The position numbers were made by a program, and so were the translations under genes. 32,000 nucleotides of DNA from Candidatus Saccharimonadota bacterium (lineage in GTDB: Bacteria; Pseudomonadota; Alphaproteobacteria; CAJXXZ01; 1604HC), in the NCBI RefSeq assembly GCF_008189525.1, contig NZ_CP043314.1, positions 150,001 through 182,000 on the forward strand. The letters run 5' to 3'. Below, in pieces: positions 9,645 to 17,052 of this stretch. The number at the start of each line of letters is the position of its first letter. The first letter of the stretch is position 1. Below the pieces are notes generated by a model. That model was not told where the DNA came from. It made no database searches and was given only the letters and a program-made list of their open reading frames with translations.

Positions 9645-10418
9645 AATACCAAAAAGTTTATTTTTTGTTTATAGATTTTAATATGATATTTATGATTTTA
9701 CTTTAGGAAAGTGTAAATATTTGAATTGAATATATTATGAATTATTTTTTCCATATTAATTCTTTGTGAACCTATAATTTTATAATAGTACAAAATATTA
9801 GATGCTCCTTGTTTTAGTCAGGAACTTGGTTGGGGTAGAAAATAGAGAGAGTTATATATATATTTTAATAAATTATCTGGCTGTTTTTATAATATATTTT
9901 TTCTAGATATTAGTTTTAATACCTTCTGGTTCTTTATTTATAGCTAAGATAATTCTGCTATGCAGAGCAGAAATTATTAATAAAGCCCTATATAAAAATA
10001 TTCATATAAATTCCATAGTTAATCAAATAAAGTTATATTTATCCGTATTAAATAATAATTTTTTTGAAAAAATGAATACCTTCTGTTGGTTTGATTAATA
10101 TTATTTGTAATACAGATTTATATATTCTAGCCCACTATTTTATATGATTTTAAATAAGTTTCTACCTAAATAAAGGAAGTTTATGTATTGTGCAGTGTAA
10201 TGTATATATAAAATTCTACCTAATACATACTTTATTAAACTTATTAAATTTTGTAGAAATAAGTTCCATTTATTTAGAATTATAAGCTTAAGATTTTATT
10301 TGATATATGTAATTTTTTTTACAAGATTTCGAAATAAATTAACTAGTTATTGAAAAATTCTTTTTGAAAATAATCATCCAATATTGGAAACAAGAAGTAA
10401 AGTTGTTTTTGAGTTATA

Positions 10419-11936
10419 TTATTTCTTTTCAGAGGTTTTTGTTTCTTTTGAAGAAGTTTTTTTATCTTTTGTAAGCTTATTGTCTGATTTTTCATAGAAA
10501 ACTTTTTGTCTTATTTCAAGCATTTTTTCATTCAGATCTTTGATCTTCATTTCTTTATCTACGCTTACTACTCTAGATAATGCATCAGCTATAGCTTTCT
10601 CTTCTAAGATATAAGCTCTTGCTTTTTCTAGTTCATCAGCATTCTCTTTATAGTATTTTTGCACTTCAGACAGTCCGCCTCTGTATTTTTTAGACTCTTC
10701 AAAAATGTAACTATCTATATCTTGTTGAGTGATTTTTACATCCCAATCTCTGATCCATTTTCTTATTAGGAACAAAAACATAATTCTTTTATTTGAGTTT
10801 TCTAAGACTTCTTCTTTTACTTTATCTAAAGTTTTACTTTCAAAGAATCCTTTTTCTTTTACACTTTCAAAATATGTTTCTAAGTTATCCATAGAAAAAT
10901 TATGAACCATTTGGGAGTCCATTTTCTTTAATATGTCGTAAAACGTATTCATGTATTCAGCATCTAAGTAAGATTCAGGTACATTAAACTTTAATCCTTG
11001 CACAGACTTCTCAGAAAGCAAAAATTTCCTGTAAGAATTGATATTTATTTTTAGCTTATCTGTAATCATTTCATGGAATTTGTTTTCCAAAGCTTCCACA
11101 GTAGCCAATCCCCAAGATTTTGCCATATGTTCATTTATTTCATATTTCTTCGTATCCATTATTTTTTCTATTGTAAGGAATGTAGAAACTTCTTTTCCTG
11201 CTAACTTAGCAAACTCTTCTGCATGTGGGCCATGTTTTACATTTTCTGGGACAGTGGAGGTGTATTCTATTACATCTCCTTCATTTTTTCCTAAGACTTT
11301 TTTCTCTAAATCTGGCAATAAAACTCCAGCACCAAGTTTGATCTGTAGCTTGTCTCCATCTTTGCTTCCATAGAATTTTACAGAAACATTCAATGTATCC
11401 CCTTCTTTGCAAGGTCTTGCTGATTCTAAAGGAACGGTGTATTCATTTTTCTCAATCCAGAGTTCCATCTCTTTTTTTACATCAGCTTTACTTACTTCTA
11501 CTTTAGGGTTTTCTATATTTATTTTTGTAAGATCAACTTCAGGTGTTTCAGGAGATGTTTCAAATTCAATATTTACTTTAACTTCTGAGTCTTTTTCATA
11601 ATCAAAAGATGACTCAAAATCTTTCTTAGGGTTTGTCAAAGGTGCATGTTCGAAATTTTTCATGATTTTTGAAAATTCATTTTGGAAAGCATAATTTTCT
11701 GACTCTTCTTTTATTTTTGAGTTCTTCCTTATTAATGATAAAGGTACTTTTCCTGGTCTGAACCCATCCATTTTATAGTTTTTTTGTGTTGCAGATAGAT
11801 AAAAATCCACATGCTCCTTAAACTTTGAATGAGGAATTGTTAGTTCATACTTACACTTAAGGTCATTTTTTGAAATTAAGTTCACTTTAGTGTCTGTTTG
11901 CATAGATTTATTTTCTGAATTGATTGGATTATTCAT
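10419..11936 (-). CDS. tig: Trigger factor with a Lys-rich C-terminal tail
   Basis: Carries the trigger-factor ribosome-binding signature DGFRPGKVP near the N-terminus, with matching size and three-domain layout. A strong AAGGAG Shine-Dalgarno sits 4 nt before the ATG at 11936. tRNA-Leu lies 25 nt upstream on the same strand. Confidence 0.85.
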   Translation of the reverse strand: MNNPINSENKSMQTDTKVNLISKNDLKCKYELTIPHSKFKEHVDFYLSATQKNYKMDGFRPGKVPLSLIRKNSKIKEESENYAFQNEFSKIMKNFEHAPLTNPKKDFESSFDYEKDSEVKVNIEFETSPETPEVDLTKINIENPKVEVSKADVKKEMELWIEKNEYTVPLESARPCKEGDTLNVSVKFYGSKDGDKLQIKLGAGVLLPDLEKKVLGKNEGDVIEYTSTVPENVKHGPHAEEFAKLAGKEVSTFLTIEKIMDTKKYEINEHMAKSWGLATVEALENKFHEMITDKLKININSYRKFLLSEKSVQGLKFNVPESYLDAEYMNTFYDILKKMDSQMVHNFSMDNLETYFESVKEKGFFESKTLDKVKEEVLENSNKRIMFLFLIRKWIRDWDVKITQQDIDSYIFEESKKYRGGLSEVQKYYKENADELEKARAYILEEKAIADALSRVVSVDKEMKIKDLNEKMLEIRQKVFYEKSDNKLTKDKKTSSKETKTSEKK

Positions 11937-11961
11937 TTTGCTCCTTAAGATAAGAAAAAAG

Positions 11962-12042
11962 TACGGATGAAGGGACTCGAACCCCCACAGCTTTCGCTAC
12001 TAGAACCTAAATCTAGCGTGTCTTCCATTCCACCACATCCGC
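11962..12042 (-). tRNA. tRNA-Leu, anticodon UAG; type II with a long variable arm
   Basis: The reverse complement folds by hand. The acceptor stem is GCGGATG/CATCCGT (G1:U72 wobble). The anticodon stem is CTAGA/TCTAG with loop TTTAGGT (anticodon TAG, G37). It has a long variable arm and a TTCGAGT T-loop. No CCA is encoded. Confidence 0.8.
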
Positions 12043-12141
12043 TTACAGCAAAAACTATAGCACATGTAAGAGAATTATAAAAGTATCCTTTGTAAAAGTT
12101 CATATGTGATTCGGAATAAATGAAAAATACTTACACTCCTA

Positions 12142-12170
12142 TTGACTTATTAATCAAGTTTGCATATTAT
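12142..12170 (+). promoter_or_regulatory. Sigma70-type promoter for tRNA-fMet: TTGACT-N17-TATTAT, with the -10 element ending 6 nt before the tRNA 5' end
   Basis: The -35 element TTGACT is at 12142-12147. The spacer is exactly 17 nt. The -10 element TATTAT is at 12165-12170. The mature tRNA 5' end is at 12177. Confidence 0.6.
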
Positions 12171-12176
12171 TGATCT

Positions 12177-12253
12177 TGCGGGGTAGAGCAGCTTGGTAGC
12201 TCGTCAGGTTCATAACCTGAAGGTCGTAGGTTCAAATCCTGCCCCCGCAACCA
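12177..12253 (+). tRNA. Initiator tRNA-fMet, anticodon CAU; CCA encoded
   Basis: Near-identical in layout to E. coli tRNA-fMet: GCGGGG acceptor, A11:U24, anticodon loop TTCATAA, T-loop TTCAAAT and 3' CCCCGCAACCA. The differences are U1:A72 and A29:U41. Confidence 0.9.
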
Positions 12254-12470
12254 GTTTCATATTATATTTTTTATTTAATTCATTTTTTAATTATAGTTAA
12301 TTTATATGTAATTTTAAGTACTAATTTTTTTCCATATACATATTTAATGTTCAATTGATTACAATAGTAATTTAACTATTAAATTGCTTCATGTAATAAA
12401 TTAATGATTTGTTTACATTCTGATTTTAACATGATATTGAAGCATTTAGTGTTGCAGGAGGCAGTAATTA

Positions 12471-14123
12471 GTGAAGAGTTCAAAATTTAGGTCTTTAGCC
12501 TTACTTTCGTTTTTATGTTTTTTATCTAATGAGATAAATTGTGGAAATCAGGATAGAAATTTCTTGGAATCAAGTATAGATGCAGATTTAGTTGCATCTA
12601 CATATGGATCAGAAAGTAGCAGTGAATGTTCTGACTCTACACCTCAATCTCTTTCTGATGGAACTGGAACTAGTTATTCTGGAGAGGCATTCTATGTCAA
12701 TGAGAATATAGAAGCATTGCTCAATGATAAAGAAATTGGTTTATCAGCAGACTTATCAAAAAAGATTATGAGGGAATTTTTAGATGAGAGAACTAAAATA
12801 GATTCTGAATATAATACAGAAACATCTGTAATATTGAACGATTTATCTGACAAATTAGAGATGACTATGTCTTTTGAGGATACAAAAGCAGAGTTATCAA
12901 GCTTTTTTGTTGCACATAATCTTACTTCAGAAGATGTTATGCAGGATTTTGAAACGAGGTCAAATGCATCTAGTTTTGCTAACCAAAGTGTAGAAGAAAG
13001 CAAAACTAATGTATGCAAAACAAGACCAAGAAGAAATTCTGCTTTGAAGCAAGAAGGATCTCCTAAGAAGTCTTACCCTGTTTCTTTTCTGGGGAGTGAT
13101 GGATCTAGATCTCCTGTAAGTGATCAAGCTATGACACCTGAGAACAGATCTCCTTCAGGAAAAAGTGAGCCTTTTGTTTTTGGAAAACAAACCTCAGAAT
13201 CTAGAAAAGTAAGTTCATCTTCCAAAACTGAATCTGTTAAACCACTGAAAAAATCTGTCAAAAAACCTGGATCCAAGTTAAGTCCTGTTTCTAAAAAGTC
13301 AGGAATCTCTAAACAAAGTTTAAGTGGTGTGAAAAGTAAAAAGTTATCTGAAAACCCTGTAAAATCAACAAGCGCATCTAAAAAAGCAAAGCCTATGTTA
13401 GCAAGCATAGCTCCTGCAGAATCTAAGCAAGAAACGGAAGTTGGTAGTGGGTTTGGCATTAGTTTTGGAGGATTCCAAGTGGGAATTCAAGGACAGGGCC
13501 AATCAACAAATGATCCTTTCGAACCTGCCTCAATTAGCACTCCTTTAGGTAAACTGAATTTATCTCAAGAAGGATTATCATTAGATGGTTCTTTTGGTTC
13601 TATAGGTACAAAATTAGATGAAAATGGAAAACCTGTGATAGAAGGTTCAGTAAACACACCTTTAGGAAAGTTTGGTGCAGATCAAAAAAGACTTTCCTTT
13701 GATGGAAAAAATGGAAGTAAAGTAAATATATCAGCAAAAGATGGTTTATCTGGAACTGTAAAAACTGAAGCTGGTGAGTTTGGAGTAGACGCTTCTGGAA
13801 ACCCTATTGCTAAAACTAATATTAATGGAACTAATGTAAAACATGATAAGAATGGTACATCTATTTCTAGAAAAGGATCTAAATTGAATATTAGTAAAGA
13901 TGGTAAAGCTTCTGGATCCTTAAAAAATGATCATACAAACTTAAATCTAGATCAAAATGGTAACGTTACAGGAAGTGTTAATGCAGGGCCAGTATCAGTT
14001 AATTCACAAGGAAATAGGAAAAGTTCCAATACAAATTCAATACCTCAATTTAAAAACCCTAAAAGACAAAGCTCTGTAAAGCAGGCAAACAAGGGTGGAT
14101 GTCAGTGTTGTACAATAGCTTAA
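12471..14123 (+). CDS. ORFan secreted protein (550 aa): signal peptide, acidic N-domain, Ser/Lys/Pro-rich basic middle, Gly/Asn/Lys-rich repeat region and a C-terminal CaaX-like tail
   Basis: A GTG start follows AGGAGG by 9 nt. The N-terminus MKSSKFRSLALLSFLCFLSNEINC is signal-peptide-like. The reading frame stays open for a long stretch despite low complexity. The C-terminus is ...KNPKRQSSVKQANKGGCQCCTIA-stop. Confidence 0.75.
   Translation: MKSSKFRSLALLSFLCFLSNEINCGNQDRNFLESSIDADLVASTYGSESSSECSDSTPQSLSDGTGTSYSGEAFYVNENIEALLNDKEIGLSADLSKKIMREFLDERTKIDSEYNTETSVILNDLSDKLEMTMSFEDTKAELSSFFVAHNLTSEDVMQDFETRSNASSFANQSVEESKTNVCKTRPRRNSALKQEGSPKKSYPVSFLGSDGSRSPVSDQAMTPENRSPSGKSEPFVFGKQTSESRKVSSSSKTESVKPLKKSVKKPGSKLSPVSKKSGISKQSLSGVKSKKLSENPVKSTSASKKAKPMLASIAPAESKQETEVGSGFGISFGGFQVGIQGQGQSTNDPFEPASISTPLGKLNLSQEGLSLDGSFGSIGTKLDENGKPVIEGSVNTPLGKFGADQKRLSFDGKNGSKVNISAKDGLSGTVKTEAGEFGVDASGNPIAKTNINGTNVKHDKNGTSISRKGSKLNISKDGKASGSLKNDHTNLNLDQNGNVTGSVNAGPVSVNSQGNRKSSNTNSIPQFKNPKRQSSVKQANKGGCQCCTIA
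13539..13772 (+). repeat. In-frame tandem duplication (117 nt, 39 aa per unit) inside the 12471-14123 CDS
   Basis: Unit starts at 13539 and 13656 encode TPLGKLNLSQEGLSLDG and TPLGKFGADQKRLSFDG. Further on, GSKVNISAKDGLSGTVK and GSKLNISKDGKASGSLK show additional periodicity. Confidence 0.6.
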
Positions 14124-14157
14124 ATATCTCCTATAAATGGAATTGTTTTAGTCTATT

Positions 14158-14217
14158 TAGTTAAGCTATAATTGGTTTAGTTAGTTAAGTTGTAGCTAAT
14201 AAAAAGGTAGTTAAGCT
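14158..14217. repeat. Three direct copies of TAGTTAAG(C/T)T spaced about 25 bp apart in a convergent intergenic region
   Basis: The copies lie at 14158-14167, 14182-14191 and 14208-14217. Related TTAGTT motifs flank them. Confidence 0.4.
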
Positions 14218-14281
14218 TTAGATAATAAAATGGTAATTTTCAAGCTTTCTATTAATTTAGTTCAGATCTAATTAGTTTTAA

Positions 14282-14878
14282 TTACAAACACCCATGATTA
14301 TAAAGCATATTCTTATAATTCTTATTTACACCTGATTTTATAATCAAATGATTTCCTGAATCTTTTAGGAAATGTTTGTAATTTTTATTGCATAGTTCTG
14401 ATTTAACATAATCTTTTTCAGTAGGTGTTAATCGTTTCATTACAAACCATTCATATGTGTAATATATGTTATTATTTGCTTTGTCATTTAGTTTTATTGA
14501 GTAATATATCCTAACACGCCTTCCTTGGCATAGATCTATGAAACTAGAGTTTATTATTTCTTTGTCAGGAAAAAACAATCTCCTTCCTATTGCAAAAAAA
14601 CTAATCAAGAAGGCAGAGTTTGTGTTTTGTGCTTTGTTGCTTTCAGGAAAAACCTGATCAATAAATTGAGTAGGAGGGATGTTAGTTTCTATTTCTGGCG
14701 TCCAGATTATGCAAGATTCAGTTTTAGTTTCAGCTTTATGAGAAATTTGATTTATTGTTATATTTTCTGTACATATTTTATTTTCTAATGAAGATGTTTT
14801 GCTTCCTAATAAATCTTTTTCCCAAATTGGTACATAAATTTCTCTCATGTTTATATTGTACACATGCAAATGATACAT
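14282..14878 (-). CDS. Hypothetical protein (198 aa) with weak SET-domain-like motifs; possibly truncated
   Basis: The ORF is open, has no Shine-Dalgarno, and has an alternative start at Met11. GRRLFFPDKEIINSSFIDLCQG and the C-terminal ...NKNYKNMLYNHGCL-stop loosely resemble the SET N-region and the NHSC motif. Confidence 0.5.
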   Translation of the reverse strand: MYHLHVYNINMREIYVPIWEKDLLGSKTSSLENKICTENITINQISHKAETKTESCIIWTPEIETNIPPTQFIDQVFPESNKAQNTNSAFLISFFAIGRRLFFPDKEIINSSFIDLCQGRRVRIYYSIKLNDKANNNIYYTYEWFVMKRLTPTEKDYVKSELCNKNYKHFLKDSGNHLIIKSGVNKNYKNMLYNHGCL

Positions 14879-14970
14879 TGTAATACATTGTATATTTCTT
14901 GATTTATATTTTGATGATCATATTTTCACCATATTTACATTTATGTATTATTTGTAGTTATTTAATATAT

Positions 14971-15195
14971 TTATTGATTTTTTATTTGTACATCTAACTG
15001 TTTTATCATGCTATCTATTTCTTCTTCAGTAAGGTTTTGAAGAGATATATTGTTAGCTTTCTTATTATTCTTTTTATATTTTAACATCATATCTATAGCT
15101 TTTAATGCATTCGAGATTGATTTAGAATCGGTATTTTTACCAATAGATTCCTGCATTATAATCTCTAAGTTTTTCATAATTTGTTTTTCGTCCAA
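14971..15195 (-). CDS. Small hypothetical helical protein (74 aa)
   Basis: A TTG start is preceded by GAGGT with a 4-nt spacer. The composition is Lys/Glu/Asn-rich and looks helical. I recognised no family. Confidence 0.45.
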   Translation of the reverse strand: MDEKQIMKNLEIIMQESIGKNTDSKSISNALKAIDMMLKYKKNNKKANNISLQNLTEEEIDSMIKQLDVQIKNQ

Positions 15196-15430
15196 TTTTA
15201 CCTCAATAAAATTATTTCATATAAGTAAGTGGGAAATCAATTTTAGTAATTAATTAAGATATAAATGTTAAACTATCATACTTATTTGCTTCAGAGAGAG
15301 TTATTATTTGACTTTTATGAATTTATTAACAAGTAGATTGTATAAGACTTATATCTTGATATCTTTTTGTAGAATAGTTTGAATTACTGTAAATTAACGA
15401 AGAATAGATAAAATTAATAAAGGAGGATTT

Positions 15431-16996
15431 ATGATGAAAAATAAATCAACATTTATAGTTTTATCTTTACTGATTTTAAGTCAGATCGAAGGTATGCCTA
15501 CTGAAACACCTTCACTTTCACCTTCTAGCTCTGGTTCTCTTGTGGATCGAACAAATAAAGCCTCACCTTCCAGCTCTGGCTCTGTTTTAAGCTCTCCAAG
15601 AAACCTAAATAAAGAACATATTGCTGCTTTATCTTCAAACACGAAACCTTTAAGGTCTAGTACTCATAGCCTTAAATCAATAGGATCTTCTTTTAGTTTA
15701 AAATCTGAGAGCTCAGAAATAAAAAAACAGCTGCTTGGAAGTGCTAATGTTCTTCAATTTTATGCATGGAATAGAATATTAAAGGAAAATGGATTTGAAT
15801 CAGAGATTTTATTTGCTCCAGAAGGTTATTACTCGGACTTGGATGAAGATAAGCAGCCTATAGTTATGCATGTAATTGGAGATAAGTATGAATTTTTGCT
15901 AGATCCATTAAATGATATTGATGGAGCATTTTTGTCAAAAATACCTTCTTCAGATTGGCTGAAGTTTAGACATAAGATTACATTTGATAAAGGCAGGCAT
16001 AAGGAATCTCAGGATTCTGAAGTCACTGTCTCTACTAAAACAAGCAGCAGACAAGAATATCTAAAAATCAGCAATATAGTAGGAAAAATGTCTAAAAAAG
16101 AAAAGAGTGTTCGTTTGAGCTATGAAAAAACACTTGCAGAAACATATATGAAATCACAAAATCAGCTAGTTAGCAAAGGCTTATCTTCAGAACAGAACGA
16201 AAATTTTAATAAATCTATTCCTAAAGACAAGAAAAATAATGAAAAATTTATATTGTTATTAATAGAATTTTATAAAAAACAAATAACTCCCTTAATAAAC
16301 AAGGTTGGGTTTTTGACAAGTATGGAGGATTTGGATCCAGATAAAACAAGTGATATTTTAGGATCTATTATTACAATTGAATCACTGAAGAGTTCAAGGC
16401 AATATTTAAAAGTAGGCACAGCACTTGATTCAGCTAAAGATCTTGATCATGCTCGTAGAAAAGTACAACGCAAAAATTCCATAGTTTCTAGAAGATCTAG
16501 CATGGCAAATAGTGAAGTGAGATCTGAGATTGGTACTGCTTTTAGTGCTAATGGAGATGACTCTTTGTTAGATGGGTTAATGCAAGATTTAGATTTACAC
16601 AATTCATCACCTTCTGTGAATGGGTCCCCAAGAAGCGCACTGCTTTCTCCAGAAGGATCAGTTTTAGGAGATGACAAATCACCCAAGAGATCTAAAACAC
16701 CTGTACAGTTTGATTTAAGCAATAACTCAATTCATCATATTGGTAATTCTGGAAACAACTCTGATGAAGATGGGTCTGAAAAAAGTTTGTATTCTGCAGG
16801 ATCTAATCTAAGTTCTAAAATGTTAAAGATACCTAGAAATGAAGATGACTTAGATTGCTTTAGTGATTCTAGCAAAAAGGAAGAGCAATTTGATGAATCA
16901 GAAGTGCTTTTTTCACAAATGGAATCTCTGAAATCTAGTGCAGTTATAGCATTGATTTCAGGTTCTGCAGAAGGAGAATCAGAAGATCATTTGTAA
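15431..16996 (+). CDS. ORFan secreted Ser-rich protein (521 aa)
   Basis: AAGGAGG lies 4 nt before the ATGATG start. The signal peptide is MMKNKSTFIVLSLLILSQIEG. SPSSSGS is duplicated (nt 15518 and 15563). Basophilic RKNS and RRSS motifs are present, and the C-terminus is acidic. Confidence 0.75.
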   Translation: MMKNKSTFIVLSLLILSQIEGMPTETPSLSPSSSGSLVDRTNKASPSSSGSVLSSPRNLNKEHIAALSSNTKPLRSSTHSLKSIGSSFSLKSESSEIKKQLLGSANVLQFYAWNRILKENGFESEILFAPEGYYSDLDEDKQPIVMHVIGDKYEFLLDPLNDIDGAFLSKIPSSDWLKFRHKITFDKGRHKESQDSEVTVSTKTSSRQEYLKISNIVGKMSKKEKSVRLSYEKTLAETYMKSQNQLVSKGLSSEQNENFNKSIPKDKKNNEKFILLLIEFYKKQITPLINKVGFLTSMEDLDPDKTSDILGSIITIESLKSSRQYLKVGTALDSAKDLDHARRKVQRKNSIVSRRSSMANSEVRSEIGTAFSANGDDSLLDGLMQDLDLHNSSPSVNGSPRSALLSPEGSVLGDDKSPKRSKTPVQFDLSNNSIHHIGNSGNNSDEDGSEKSLYSAGSNLSSKMLKIPRNEDDLDCFSDSSKKEEQFDESEVLFSQMESLKSSAVIALISGSAEGESEDHL

Positions 16997-17052
16997 TTTT
17001 ATAAAAAAAGGTAAATAGTTTGTTGAATTAAATACTATGTTAATTATTTTGT

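Noticed and set aside
9801-9850. GC-richer patch (GATGCTCCTTGTTTTAGTCAGGAACTTGGTTGGGGTAGAA) considered as SRP RNA, tmRNA or RNase P RNA
   Set aside because: I could not find the conserved SRP domain IV (GGAAGCAGCC-type), the tmRNA tag/acceptor features or the RNase P P4 sequences. It stays only as part of the spacer finding.
10188-10217. dif-like element TTGTGCAGTGTAA-TGTATA-TATAAAATT in the clpX/tig convergent spacer
   Set aside because: It shares the central TGTATA and part of the XerC arm with E. coli dif. The normally best-conserved XerD arm (TTATGTTAAAT) is not matched, so the evidence is insufficient.
8026-11601. Antisense ORFs inside clpP, clpX and tig (8026-8208, 8933-9175, 9278-9625, 11038-11373, 11407-11601)
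   Set aside because: They are shadow frames of well-supported genes. Their Ser/Phe/Ile-rich composition mirrors the Lys/Glu/Asn-rich sense frame.
14971-15195. The 74-aa helical ORF faintly resembles the C-terminal part of phage small terminase subunits (…ALKAIDMMLKY… then an acidic EEEID helix)
   Set aside because: The resemblance rests on a few residues in a Lys/Glu-rich helix. No other phage genes, att sites or integrase lie nearby.
16982-16996. The C-terminus …SEDHL of the second secreted protein considered as a KDEL/HDEL-type ER-retrieval signal
   Set aside because: EDHL does not fit the accepted [KRHQSA]-[DENQ]-E-L pattern.
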